The translations under genes were made by a program, and so were the position numbers. DNA of 64,000 bases from Eledone cirrhosa (lineage: Eukaryota), in NCBI GenBank assembly GCA_964016885.1, contig OZ024742.1, forward strand, positions 148,738,001 to 148,802,000, in the 5' to 3' direction. The notes under the pieces were generated by a model. That model was not told the DNA's origin. It ran no database searches and was given only the letters and a program-made list of their open reading frames with translations. How positions within the stretch are numbered: the stretch's first letter is position 1; the number at the start of each line of letters is the position of its first letter. Shown one piece after another: positions 1-16,685 of the stretch.

Positions 1-3000
1 CAAACGCGTCCACCATACAACTTCTTTCACCATTGCTATTACGCACAGAAACACCGCCTCTCCTTCATTTTTTAAGGGGGGAGGCGGCTTGATCGTTATA
101 ATGGACTCGGTGGTCAACCGGATAGGTCCCACCCGTGACAGCAGTCGTTCGTCATAGCCCCCACAGACCGGCGACGCCCGGGCAGTGTACCAAAGCATGC
201 GCGACGGTTATCTCGTCGCGCACACATCTGGGACAGATCTTTTTCGAGGGGTCCCTACCCGAGCGCCCGTGTCTGTAGAGCTTTTTCTCGAACGGGCAGA
301 GCCCCTCGGTAGCACTGCCAGGACAGGGACCTCTGGAAGTTGTCCATAGGTCCCGGGCTAAATGTCCTACCGAACAGGCTGGCCAGTTCGTCTTCCTCCA
401 TGTCTAGGGCTTCTCCGAGGGCGTCGTCACACCTGCTGCGCACCAGCCCTCTATAGAATGTCGAAATGGAGTCTCCACTGATAGCCGGGTCCGCCTGCCA
501 GAGAGCCGTGAGCGCCTGGGCACACTCGGTGTGCCAGGCGCCCAGTTTTCTCGGTCTTTGCTTGACCCAGGATTGCAGCTCGGTGAGTGAGACGAGTCTC
601 GGAAAGGTTCGTCTCACAAACGGGGCCCACACCGGTTGACCGGTGAGAAATACCTGGAGGTGCCGTAGCCTTAATGCGTGTTTACGCATTAGCAGCCTCG
701 GCATCCCCAGCCCTCTTTTCGAAGGGTGTTGACAGCAGATGGATCTCCTCACCAAAGGAGCCCGCTTCTTCCAAAGGAAATGTAAGAGTTCACGCTCCAT
801 TTTGGTGAGCGTTTCCCTTGGGCAAGGCACGACGGTCGGTAGTACATGACGGACGCTATATAAGTGTTCGCCACCTCCGCCCGACCTTTCAGGGATAGTT
901 TTCACTCGGCCCACTTCTGGGTCAGTGCAAACACCCTGTTCGTAACCTCACCCCAGTTCTTCTCCACCTGGAGGTCTGGTCCGAACCAGATCCCGAGCAA
1001 CTTCACCGGGCCCTCCGTTCAGCGTCCGACGACGCCATGGGAGGGCATCGGTTTGCCCCTCCACGTGCCGAGTTGCAAACCGATCGATTTGTCCCGGTTC
1101 AGCTTAGCCCCTGTAAACCTTTCGTACTACTCCAGTAAGGTGCCGATCGCCCCGTGTTCCGAGTTGGTCGACACCATTACTGTTACGTCATCGCCGTAGG
1201 CCGACACCACTTTCCGCAATCCCGGTTCCAAAGGGATGCCCTGCAACAACTCCAACTTCCGCAGCAGTGGCTCGAGGGCCAATACATACAGAAGGGAGGA
1301 GAGAGGGCACCCCTGTCGGATGGACCGCGTGATTTCGAACGGCTCCGAGAGGTAGCCGTTCACCTTGACTCTAGAGCAGATGCGGCTGCTGTGCATGGCA
1401 GTGATCCAGCCCCTGAAAACGGGTCCGAAACCTGCCGCCGTTAGCACCGCATCCAGGTAACCATGGTCGACCCTATCGAACGCCTTAGATTGATCCAAAT
1501 TGATCAGGGCCTCACCAAAGCCGGGTTCGTTCCCAACCCTCTCTATGATGTAGCGCATAAGGTGGAGGTTGTCGTGGATGGATCTGGACGGAATAGCACA
1601 TGTCTGCGCATCTCCCACCAGGTTTCCCACGACAAGCGCCAACCTCTTTGCTAACCTCTTGGCCAAAATCTTTAACTCTGCATTTAGCAGAGTTATGGGC
1701 CTGAAATTACTTATTTCGTCCCCCTTGTTCTCGTCCATCCTCATTGGCGAGACTACGCCCTTGGTCACAGAACAGGGAATTCTCCCGTTCTATTGCCAGT
1801 TGCAGTAGACCGCCTCGAGGAGATCGGGGAACAAGTCCGGCATAGATATAGTTCGTATGGAAGACCATCGAGACCCGGGGATTTGCGTTTGCCGCATTGA
1901 CTCAGCACGTCCCCTATTTCAGCAGCTGAAATCGGCCCCTCGCAGGACTTCTCCTCCTCGTCCGAAAGACGCGGCATGCCGTCGAGGTATGGACCGAAGT
2001 CCACATCCCCATCCGGACTCCGCCCCTCCCGAACAATCGGGCAAAGTGCCTTTGAAAGGCCTCACACATCTGCTTAGGTTCAAGGATCACCCGTCCATCC
2101 TGGTCTCGCAAAGACCGGATAGTGGATCTAATCCCTCTTTTGGCTTCTGTAACAGCTTTGGTCCCCTCGTTTCCTAGAGCACGTATTTTGCTTCGGACAA
2201 CGCAGCCTTCGTACTTCGCGTCAAAGAACTGGCCCAAGGCCATTCTCGACGCTAGCACTCTGGCCACGTCGCCGCTTCTAATTGCCTCTTCTACACTATC
2301 TACCAACTCCCTTTCCTTCCTATTTCTATCTGAGGCTAACTCCTTACTAAATCCTATTGAAACTACTCTAATCTCTCTTTTGAGAGATCCCCACCACCTG
2401 CTGTTGACGATCGCTCCCGTCAACCGCTCCTTAACTAAAGTACTAATCCGGTCCCTGTACACTTTACTTGCCGGTAAGGACAAGTTCAGTTTCCAGTAAC
2501 CGGGTCCCTGTCTATGGGTTCTATCAAGGTTGAGTATGCAGGTCACTAATTTGTGATCCGAATAGCCAACCATGAGCATCTCTGGACAGCTTAAAAGGTC
2601 CCTATCCTTATTTCTAACTAGGACCCTATCTAAGTACGACCTAGATGATCCGCTGAGGTTTGCCCAAGTCCAGGTTGGCGCAGTCGGAAAATCTAGTCGA
2701 TATTTATCGGCCAGGTCAAATCGGCCGATTAACTCCTTGAGGCTGTTACACCCCTATCTATCGGGACATGCCCCTACATAGTCCCAACGTACATCTAGGA
2801 TACCATTCAAGTCCCCCACTAAAAGCAAGGAGCGGGATGTCCCCAGAAAAGTCTCCAGACGTTGGAAGAAGTCCGGCCGCGCTGACCCAAAAGGGGCGTA
2901 GGCGGCGACCAGCCTAAAGGCTCCGCCTTCACCATTACCAACGTGTAAAGCCACCAGTCGACCCTCCGGGTCCAGGTGTACCGTCTGTGCGGCGAGACCC

Positions 3001-3060
3001 AGATGTTTTTGCAGTAGAACGACAACCTACCTCTCTGCGTCCCGGGGACCAGACCGCACA
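1..3060 (-). pseudogene. Tx1 ORF2 (APE + RT + C-terminal CCHC region), several frameshifts, APE N-terminus apparently deleted
   Basis: ORF pieces 2754-2954, 1914-2579, 1765-2004, 1127-1768 and 255-914 lie in canonical order. Confidence 0.9.
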
Positions 3061-3526
3061 ATTTCCATGGGGGTGGGGGGTGGGGTGGAGGTTTGTGGTA
3101 TTGTGAGGGCATCAGTGTGTGGTGGGGTTGGGGTGTTTGGAGTTGTGTGGGTGTTTGGGGAGGGGTGTGGACATTTTTTAGGAGGACGCGGTTAATGGGT
3201 CCGACGCAGGAGGGCCCCACATCCGCTTTAAAATTGTCCTTTAAAGTTTTGTATATGTCCCTTGGGACTTTCATCATTTTGAGGTGGGGGAAATCCCCTG
3301 TCTGGGTCAAGTTAGGCCCTTCGGTTTTTACCAAATTGTTATTATAAATAATGTTCAACAGTTTTTTGGTTTCTTGTGTTTATGTATGTGTATGCATATT
3401 TTTTGTTTTTGTGTGGTATTTTTTGTTTGCTGTTGTTATGTATTCTTTTGTGTTGATGTCTGTGTTATGTTTTTGGGAGGGTTGTTTTTATTTGTGTGCC
3501 TGAGGTGTGTTTTCTTTTCTTTCTTT

Positions 3527-4774
3527 TAACTTCTTGGAAATTCTCCCCCTCGTCTGACGACGAACGGGGGTCGTCTTCAGTGTTGGAGGGGAGGGGTAGT
3601 GTTTGCGGTGTGGGTGTTTTGGAAATTGTTTTTTTAGTGGGGGGGACAGTGTTTTGTTTTGTGTTAACTTGTGATTGTTGTTTTTGTAGTGGTGGTGATT
3701 GTGTTGGTTGTGTAGTTGTTGGTGGTGTGAGCAGAATTGGAGTTTTCTTTTTAAGTTGCGGTCAGACAGCCCTCAGGTGACCTCAGGTGACAGAGGTAAC
3801 ACGAGGGCCGCCTACCCTCAACGGTAATGTTTATAAAAGTTTGGTCATCAAGTATGACGCGTTCAGGGATATGGTCGATCCTTTCGGGCCTCATTTGAAC
3901 TAAAAGTTCGAGGCCCGTTCCACTGAACGCGTCACCCGATGCCTTTCCCATGGATATCAATATGTCATCGTTCAGGTCAAGAAAACCTGTTAACACCCAC
4001 CATATGCCCATAATTGGAAGAATGGTGTGTATTTTTATTTTCTGTGTCCTTCTACCCATGTACGTAGGGTAGAAGGTGTATGCGGTGGATGTAATAGGTT
4101 TTACCGAAAGTTTTTTTTCCGTGTCCTGGTCCTTCATGAGAATGGATAGACTCCCATAGACTCTATCCTTTTGTATGAACAGAATGTCATTCATTACATC
4201 TTTTAAGACCAGCTCTATCTCACTCTGTGATGGTTGAGCTGGTCTTTTCGTTTTATTTAACACTGTCCTAAACATCACTGTGTTTAGTACTCTCTGACTT
4301 TTTAGTTCCGGGGGGGGGGGGGTCGAAAATGATCTATTTTCCCCGTATACTATGTATTTTTTGGCTTCTGCCAGTAGCTCCTTAGCGTTGCTTTTGTCTA
4401 CTGGCAGGTATTCAAGGTTTTTTTTCGCAGTTTGGGCAAAGGAAATCTTTCCATTATCCTTGTACCCATTGTTTTCTTTTTCGTTGCTTTTTTCTGTTTT
4501 CTTTGTCCATGTTGATGTTGTTTTGCAGTTTCTGTGTGTTGGTGTTGTTGGTGTTTGTGTCGTTTGTATTTTCATACAATTTCATGTTAACATTTTGGGG
4601 GTTTTTACCCACATTTTCACAATTTACAGTAGAAACATTGTGCATAATCGTATTTGAAAGTGAGAGGAGGGAAGTTTCAATTACATTCATTTGTTGTTCC
4701 TTTCTCTCACTTTCGTCAGGGGGCGTGGCAGAGTTGTTGTTGTTCATGGTGTCCATTACTGACATATACATCAA
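3527..4774 (-). pseudogene. Tx1 ORF1 (gag-like nucleic-acid-binding protein), frameshifted
   Basis: ORF pieces 4454-4774 and 3751-4575 carry ISFAQTAK and VEGRRPSCYLCH. The frame breaks at a short duplication cctcaggtga-cctcaggtga near 3771-3790. Confidence 0.75.
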
Positions 4775-5000
4775 AAAACATTTTTAAAAGGTAGTTTTTA
4801 CCCCCAAAAGAGGTAAAAATAAAATTACCCCCCGTCTACAAACTTAGGCGGAAGGTTAATTCACACGGGGACACAAAATACAAACAAACACTTATTGTTA
4901 ACACGTAAAATATTCCAAAAAGGCAAGAGCTGAAGTTACCTACGTCTACACCATCCGAGGATAGATAAGTAGGTAGGTATGTAGGTAGGTAGATAGATAT

Positions 5001-8000
5001 CTTTCTTTATTTGCCACAGGGGTGTACAAAAATGGGACATTACAAGACGTGACGGCGGGGGTTTTACATAAAAATAGCTTTAACATTAATAAATAACAAT
5101 AAACTATATATAATAAAATAACAATTGTAATCCCCAATAGGGGAGAACGTTACTGCAGGGTTGTTTTACACCCTGTGTATAGAACAACCCTCAACACCAG
5201 GAACACGTTTTGTAGGTTTTCTTGTCTTCCCTCTGTTTATCTTCCTCAACCTACAGGTTTACATACAGAGAAGGCCCATTCACTCGGGCCATTTTCGCCA
5301 CATTCACCCTCCTTTCAGCGAATTTACTGGAGTGGAGCATCTCTCTCTCCACTCTCACCTTCCTTCTGAAGTGATACTTCAAGAAGGGGATGAGTTGTTG
5401 TCCGGAGAGAAAGGTGTTTGCCCTCAGTCCTTTTAACCTCGTCCACCATATTACCTCTTTCGCCATAGCCAACAGACAGAGGAAAACCGCCTCTACTTCA
5501 TTCTTAAATGAAGGCGGCGGGGTGATCCTCACGATGGATTCGGCTGACAACTGGATACGTCCCACACGTGACAGTAGCTGTTCGACATAATTCCACAGGT
5601 CGGTCACCCCTGGGCACTGAACAATTGCGTGCAGAACGGTTTCGATGTCATGCTCGCATCTTGGACAGGTCCTTTTGGCAGGATCTCTGCCAGGGCGTTT
5701 GTGCCTGTAGATTTTGTCTCGAACTGGTAGAGCTCCTCGGTAGCACTACCAGGCCAGAGACCTCTGGAAGTTATCCCGAACAGACTGGTCAGTTCGTCCT
5801 CCTCTATGCCTAGAGTTTCCCCGAGAACGTCGTCGCACTTATCCTCCACTAATTCCCTATAGAATGTCGAACTGGAGTCTCCGCTGATTGCCGTTTCCGC
5901 TTGGTAGAGAGCTGCGAGCGCCTGAAGGCACTCGAGATACCAGGCACCCATTTTCGGTCTTCGCTTGACCCAGGACTGCAGCTCTGTTAGTGAGACGAGT
6001 TGTGGAAGAACTTTTGTCACAAACGACAGCCACACCGGTTCACCGGTCAAGAATACCTGGAGATGGCGTAGCCTCAGCGCGTTTTTCCGCATCATCAGCC
6101 ACGGCATGCCCAGCCCTCCGTTAGAAGGGTGTTGACAGCAGATGGATCTCCTCACCAATGGAGCCTGTTTCTTCCAGAGGAACTTGAAGAATAGGGGTTC
6201 CATTTTGGTGAGGTATTCGCGGGGACAAGGCACGACTGTCAAGCGGTAGTAGATGACGGATGCTATGTAAGTGTTCGCCACCTCCGCTCGACCTTTCAAG
6301 GAGAGTTTGCACTCAGCCCACTTCTGGGTGAGTGCAAACAACTTCGCCGTGACCTCGTTCCAGTTCTTGTCCACCAGGAGGTCTGGACCAAACCAGACTC
6401 CGAGCAATTTCCCCGGTCCCTCCGTCCAACGTCCAATGACACTGTCGGAAGGCATGGGTTTGCCTCTCCATGTGCCGAGTTGCAAACCGATAGACTTGTT
6501 TGGGTTTAGTCTTGCTCCTGTCAACGTTTTGTATTCCTGTAATAGGTTGCCGATTACTCCGATTTCCGAGGTTTTCGACACCATTACGGTTATGTCGTCG
6601 GCATAGGCCGACGCTGCTTTCCGCAGTCCTGGTTCGATCGGGATGCCCTGCAACAGCTCCAACTTCCGCAGTAATGGCTCGAGAGTCAGTACATACAGAA
6701 TGGAGGAGAGAGGGCATCCGTAACGGATGGAACACATGATTTGGAATGGCTCCGATAGGTAGCCATTCACCTTGACTGTCGAGCAGATGCTGGTGTGCAT
6801 GGCAGCGATCCGGCCTCTGAAGACGGGACCGAAGCCGGCCGCCTTGAGAACCGCTTCCAAGTATTGATGGTTGACCATATCAAATGCCTTAGACTGATCT
6901 AAATTGATCAAAGCCCCACCGAAGCCAGGTTTATACCCTATCCTCTCTATGATGTATCGCATGAGGTGGAAGTTGTCGTGTATGGACATGGTCGGGATTG
7001 CACACGTTTGCACTTCCCCTACCAGGTTCTCGATGACAAGCGCCAGCCTCGTTGCTAACACCTTGGCCAAAATCTTTAACTCTGTGTTAATCAGAGTTAT
7101 GGGCTGAAATTACTTATCTCATCCCCCCTCTTCTCATCTTTCCTGATCAGCGTTACTACGCCTCTGCCTACAGAACTGGGAATCCTCCCGTTCTTCTGCC
7201 AGTTGCAGTAGACCGCTTCGAAGACGCCAGAGAACAAGTCCGGCATGCCTATGTAAAACTCATAGGGTAGACCATCTAAACCGGGTGATTTGCGTTTCCC
7301 GCAGCGGCCTAGGGCATCTTCTATTTCGCTCGCTGTGATCGGCCTTTCGCAGCTCTCTGCATCCGTGCTCGAGAGTCGCGGTACGCCGTCGAGGTAGGAA
7401 TTGAAGTTCATCACCTCGCTCGACGTTCGCTTTGCCCGAACAGTTGTGCAAAATGCTGCTGGAAGGCCGTGCACATCTGCTTGGATTCAAGTAGAATGCG
7501 TCCATCTTTGTCTTGCAAAGACCGAATTGTGGATTTGTTGCCACTTTTCGCCTCTGCCACTCGGACCCAGCTAACAGCTTTGGCTCCCTCGTTTCTTAGA
7601 GCACGTGTCCTACTTCTGACAATACAACCTTCGTGTTTCACGTTGAACAACTGGTCTAGTGCCGTTCACGCCGCTAGCACGTCAACTGTACTGCCATTCC
7701 GAAGTGCCTCTTCTACTTTAGCTACCAGTTCCTTTTCAGTTTTGTTTTTTCTAAAGCTACTTCCTTGCTAAATGCTATCGATACTATTCTAATTACTCTC
7801 TTGAGAGAGTTCCACCACCTGTTGTTGACGATCTCCCTCGTCAACTGGCACTTAACTAAGGTGTTAATCCGTTTACTGTAGGCCTTACGCGCCGGGAGCG
7901 ACATGTTTAGCTTCCAGTATCCGGGTCCCTGTCTATGTGTTCTATCAAGGTTGACTATGCAGGTGACTAATTTGTGGTCTGAATAGGCAACCATGTGCAT

Positions 8001-8050
8001 TTGTGGACACAGCTTAATGTTTCCTTATCATTCTGTCTAATTAAAAACCT
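5001..8050 (-). mobile_element. Tx1-type LINE, family B, 5'-truncated within APE
   Basis: ORF2 pieces 7722-8000, 7411-7650, 7097-7474, 5604-7070 (LDQSKAFD, AYADD) and 5251-5607. The 3' UTR ends TGGCAAATAAAGAAAG followed by (TATC)n. Confidence 0.93.
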
Positions 8051-8087
8051 ACTCATACCTACCTGCCTACCTATCTATCTACCTACT

Positions 8088-8472
<385 letters not shown>

Positions 8473-8573
8473 AGAGATAGATAGCTCGATAGTTGTAAGG
8501 CTTTGTTATGTAGTGTTTTAATTGTTTTTATAATTTTGTATGTTTATAAAAATTGTGTTTCAGTCAGTTTCAG

Positions 8574-8674
8574 ACCAACATCTCCACGACTACTGGTGAA
8601 GGTGCTGGTGTTTCTCAACCTTATTCTTTTGAGTGCAGCCAATTCAGATGATGAATGTACGAAAACTGATTCCG
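8574..8674 (+). CDS. Host gene exon A: signal-peptide-like segment PTSPRLLVKVLVFLNLILLSAANS-DDECTKTDS
   Basis: Acceptor tttcag (alternative AGs end at 8563 and 8567) and donor G/gtaaga, ending in phase 1. It has a hydrophobic core with an A-x-S cleavage motif. No ATG, so the start exon is presumably upstream. Confidence 0.7.
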
Positions 8675-8766
8675 GTAAGATGAATCTCCTGTCCTATCTA
8701 CTCTGTGCTGTATATCCAGTTAATAATCTCTACATAAAATTGTAACTCTATTCATATTTCTATTTT

Positions 8767-10956
<2,190 letters not shown>

Positions 10957-11858
10957 AAAAGTGGATGAATACCTCAACAGGCACTATGTACTTGTAGAAA
11001 TATGCAAGGTGTTTATAATATTTGTGGTTCAATGGTACTAATTTGAGTTACCAGAACAATATAAAAATAGCGGAGCAAGCGGTTATCAAACAATTCTCTA
11101 AATCAATTAAAAAACGATTTAAATAATCACCTGTTCTATTGCTGTTACCGACGGTTTCATCATTCCAAAAGATTGGAAATCCAGAGAATTTCCAATGGAA
11201 AGAAATGAATCTTCAGACAGCTTATTTCCACACTATAAGGTTGCTAGCCCTACAGTAAGTACATATTTCGCTTCCTGCCCAACGCATGCGGTCAAGCCGT
11301 TAAAATGACACACACGCAAAATCAGGTCGCAGATAATAGCTGTTTATTATAAACATGTTGATATTGCCTCTAAAATTAGCAGCATGTATATTGTTCTGGT
11401 AACTCAAATTAGTACCTTTGAACCACAAATATTATAAACACCTTGCATATTTCTACAAGTACATAGTGCCTGTTGAGGTATTCATCCACTTTTATAATTT
11501 TTCTCCTTATGTAGAGAACAAAACGTTGAATAATGCTGTTAATTTTAGTGGCAATATCAACATGTTTATAATAAACAGCTATTATCTGCGACCTGATTTT
11601 GCGTGTGTGTCATTTTAACGGCTTGACCGCATGCGTTGGGCAGGAAGCGAAATATGTACTTACTGTAGGGCTAGCAACCTTATAGTGTGGAAATAAGCTG
11701 TCTGAAGATTCATTTCTTTCCATTGGAAATTCTCTGGATTTCCAATCTTTTGGAATGATGAAACCGTCGGTAACAGCAATAGAACAGGTGATTATTTAAA
11801 TCGTTTTTTAATTTATTTAAAGAATTGTTTGATAACCGCTTGCTCCGCTATTTTTATA
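10957..11858. mobile_element. Non-coding PLE/retrozyme-like fold-back element with a circularly permuted ~470-bp unit and an HHR on each strand
   Basis: 10957-11385 is the reverse complement of segments 11533-11857 plus 11388-11494. It lies between TA/TG tracts. Confidence 0.85.
11697..11777 (+). ncRNA. Type I hammerhead ribozyme (mirror copy on - strand at ~11141-11221)
   Basis: GCTGT-CTGAAGA-[branched stem II, TCATT/AATGA]-GAAA-CCGTCGG-TA^ACAGC. Confidence 0.85.
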
Positions 11859-11866
11859 TATATATG

Positions 11867-11910
<44 letters not shown>

Positions 11911-11915
<5 letters not shown>

Positions 11916-12218
11916 GTGAGGTTTTTTTTACAAAATGAAAAATAACCGAGGTGTCCTACACAAGTGAAAGTATAAAGAAAAAAAGATGAAATCGAAAATG
12001 CAACTGGAGTCTTATTTTTTAAAAAATATATATATTTATTTGGTTCCTTTATCAGTTTCGCAGTTCTTCTGCTTTTCAAAAGTAGAGTTGAGATGGAGGG
12101 TCTGTGAACTCTACTTTTGAAAAGCAGAAGAACTGCGAAACCGATAAAGGAACCAAATAAATATATATATTTTTATTTAAATAAGACTCCAGTTACATTT
12201 TCGATTTCATATTTTTTT

Positions 12219-12224
<6 letters not shown>
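11911..12224. mobile_element. Fold-back PLE terminal fragment (arms ~11971-12089 / 12107-12224) with the 3' half of an HHR-like motif
   Basis: Near-perfect inverted repeat between (TA)n tracts, containing GAAA-CCGA-TA. Confidence 0.65.
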
Positions 12225-13260
<1,036 letters not shown>

Positions 13261-13637
13261 ACATACACGTACATGTGTATGCAACGCCCTCATGTCTTAT
13301 TACATCACCTCAACTTTCTAGCTGAACATGTTCATGTTGCCACGTGGTATCAGGTGAAAAGACTAAATTCTTACGAACAGAACAAGCCAAGCAGTGACTG
13401 TGGTAATCTGAATATTGAATAAATTATTGCGTTGAGACTTAAACTAACATCTTGTTGATGCATGAAATATTTTGGATTAATCATAATAATAAACTACACT
13501 ACACTGCTTTTCTGCTCAACAATGCACTGCATTACATATGCACAACGTAACACTACATTGCACTACACTGCTGCAACTATGCAATTACACTAAAAGATGC
13601 GTCTACACTGACAATATTCCATATGTTTCAGTATATA

Positions 13638-14188
13638 CGAGAGTGCTTCAAAAAGTTCATGGAAAAAGGACATTTGGAAAAAAACAGTTTAAGTTATGAT
13701 GTTTATTTTTCAACATATGTTCCATCTAGGTCAATACACTTCTGCAAGCGCTGATACCAGCCTTTAAGTTCATCTGTGTAAAACTGAGGGCCATGCGATT
13801 TAAACCATCCCAAAGTAGCTTTTTTTACATCATCAGCGGGAGATTATTTTCAACCTCATTTCTTCCACTTCTAAAATGACTTATCCATTTGTAGGTTGTT
13901 GATTTTTGGGGGGACATTGTGCCCATAAACCTGCTCCAGAGCGTCAATGATTTGACTGTTCTTCCACCCTAGCTTCACCATGAATTTGATGTTTTGATGG
14001 AGACCATGTTGCACAAGCGGGTGCTGACTTCTGACTGGCGCCGCCACGTTGTAACAGGCATTTTAGGGTTCATGCTAGAACATGTTATTACACGTTATTA
14101 CAGGAACGTGCAGGTGCATTGAGATCAAAATCCCTGCATATGATTTTTAGCTATGTACTTTTCCCACGAACTTTTTGAAGCCCCCACG
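13638..14188 (-). mobile_element. Internally deleted mariner (Hsmar2/irritans-like) DNA transposon
   Basis: TA on both sides; TIRs CGAGAGTGCTTCAAAAAGTTCATGGAAAA and TTTTCCCACGAACTTTTTGAAGCCCCCACG. The minus strand encodes NIKFMVKLGWKNSQIIDALEQVYG... and ...GWYQRLQKCIDLDGTYVEK*. Confidence 0.9.
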
Positions 14189-14918
14189 TATGTTAGGAGG
14201 GACATATCTGAATGCTTTGCAATCGTTAAGTCTCGAGTTCGATCCCACTACATTGAATCTTGATTAAGTGCCATTTACATAGTCTTTGGTTAACACAAGT
14301 TTTGCTAGTAAAATTACATAGAATTAAACTGTATGTATATCTATCGACTGAACACTACTCGTAATTCAAAAAGCCAGCATTGTTACACAATATGTCATGC
14401 TGGTTCTGTATGACCATTACGTTATGTGTGCAGGTGTCTGTTGAGTACTAATTCGTTTATAGGCTAATGGCATTAGTGTATAGCTCACTTGATCAAACAA
14501 CTGGATCCATGAAGACATTATATATTAAGTATACGCGATTTTATTTGAATATGTATATGCGAATGCATATAAAGGAAGCATTAGTGCAGGCTCCTTTCAT
14601 TCTGTGCTCAAATTCCGCAGATGTCAACTTTACCTTTCATTATTCGGGATCGATAAATACGGTACAATTCTAGGGCGGTTAGATGTCGAAATCATTATGG
14701 CATTTATTTCGGTTCTTTGTTCAAATCCTGACATAGCCTGCTTGGGTGGTGGATTTTATCCATCACTCTTTAGCGAAGTGCAGTCTAATACATACATTTG
14801 TGCCGGGGTTCCGCATCCAAGTTATCTGTTTCACTCCCTCCTTCCCTTCTGTCTTGAGAACCCAGCCTAAACGATTATGTATACACATATTCATCTATCT
14901 ATCTATCTATCTATCTAT

Positions 14919-14992
<74 letters not shown>

Positions 14993-16685
14993 TTAGTTAT
15001 ACTATTTATGGTTATGTAAACACAAAACCTTAAGCAGTTGTAAGTATTTTACACACACCCTAAATAGTGGTAGGCAATAATGTATTACTACCTTATTACC
15101 AGTAAGTTAAGTAGCTCAATGTAAAAACATCAGATGATTTACAGAGCAGTTATATGAAATATAAGAATCAAAGAACTGTTCAAAACATTATTGTGCTTAC
15201 AGCTGTTTCCTCCAAACCGAGGTTTGGATTCTTCGGAGCAATTTATTAATGCATGGACAGTTATATGACCTCCTTTTCAGCCGAGAGACATACCAATACA
15301 TATTCAAACATTGATACATATTCAAACATTGTGGGTCAACATTCATTACAGAATTTAGAGTGGCAGTACACACTTCGAGATTACATTTATATTAATAGGT
15401 ACAATCAAAAAAATCAAAGATATAGGTTAAAGTACAACATGAAGATAAGTGGTTATATAGTGCAAATGTTATATGTGTGGCACGCATGTGCGTCTTGTTT
15501 ATATAGTGTGGCAGAGAGATATGTGTGGTAGAGGCACTTAGGTAGGTAAATAAGAGTGTTAGGTTGGTAGATCTGGTGGCAAAGTCTTTATATGATTGAT
15601 ATAGTCTGTGTGTGGAGAAATATTATAAGCATTAAAGATAGTGCAAGCATTAAAAGTGTTATAAGTATTGGAGATGCACAGCGCAGGGATGTCAAGTAAT
15701 TCATGTACTTCGGTATTTTCATGGTCAAGGGAGTGTATATTTTGATTATATGCCTTTCACATAATCCACGACAATCCAGTTAGAGATCGTAGTCTGGTGC
15801 TCTTTAGTTCGATACAGGTGGTTGTTACGTTTCGAGAGACGCCATTGAATACCGGAAGTGTGTGTGTGGCTAAGGGGAGTTAATGCATGCGGGGAGGTAA
15901 CTCTGGGGTTTCTATATCTAGCCATTAAAATGTGTCTCAATATAGACCCTAAATTCTATGGTGAGGTGCACCTTCCATGAGAGACTTTTAAAGCATAAAG
16001 TGTACTAACTATAGAGTAGTTTAACTAAATTATGCTGAAGGTGATCATATTATTATTAGGGTGGATTAACCCATCTTAAGGTGCTACAAATGGAAATTAT
16101 AGATGATGAGCGAGGATTCTAAATTAATGATCTCTATGGTTGTAGTCTGCTCATATGACCAGGCGCGGTGATTGCAGGATTGCTTCAGGACCCAATGATC
16201 TCTGGTAAGATCCGGGTCATCGCTTGCTACATTGGATGTCGAAAGATAATCATCCCCAGGCAGGCCAAAGGTCAAGCCGCAGTCCTCGCGACCCCTCTCT
16301 GACCGTCAGATCATCCATATACGTACAACCCGCACGGCAGTTGCATTGCATTCACTCACTGCGCTCAGCGGCCTGGTCCTACTGGTCAACAGCGCTACTC
16401 GATTAAATCATTTTACATCTGTCTAAGGAAGGTGTTTCCTCTGCCCAACACCATCCAACCGATCAATTCATGCTCAAATTACCCTTAGAGCGGCGTAGTG
16501 CCGTCCAGGTGGGTGGATGTTGTCACACCTGCCGTAGAGGTATAAATGGGTATTTTCCCTGCGAAGGGTTCCAGAGGGATGTCGTTGTTTGTGTTATAAT
16601 GGATCAGCTAGTGTTGGGTATGTAGTATAGGGTGTGTCTCTGGTGTTTGATGCTAGATGTGGTGTTAGGTTCCAGTCCGACATTG

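Larger units (their letters stand above)
1..4960 (-). mobile_element. Tx1/L1-clade non-LTR retrotransposon, family A, near full length, frameshifted; 3' end runs off the window start
   Basis: Contains ORF1 with a Zn-knuckle start (RRPSCYLCH), an APE remnant (LLLVGDLN, YSDHKLV, GPGYWKLN) and RT motifs (KSPGLDGLP, FRPITLLN, LDQSKAFDRV, IRQGCPLS, AYGDD). The 5' end abuts a GATA/GGTA tract at ~4961. Confidence 0.93.

Noticed and set aside
2819-3358. Separate 179-aa gene between Tx1 ORF1 and ORF2
   Set aside because: It has low complexity and reads out of frame into the APE remnant. It is better explained as decayed ORF1 or spacer joined to ORF2 by a deletion.
4780-4960. HDV-like ribozyme at the Tx1 5' end
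   Set aside because: No P1/P3-L3/P1.1/J4-2 pattern was found by eye.
15253-15531. 92-aa ORF duplicated at 17630-17908
   Set aside because: It is a by-product of the inverted pLTR, antisense to the element, with no domain features.
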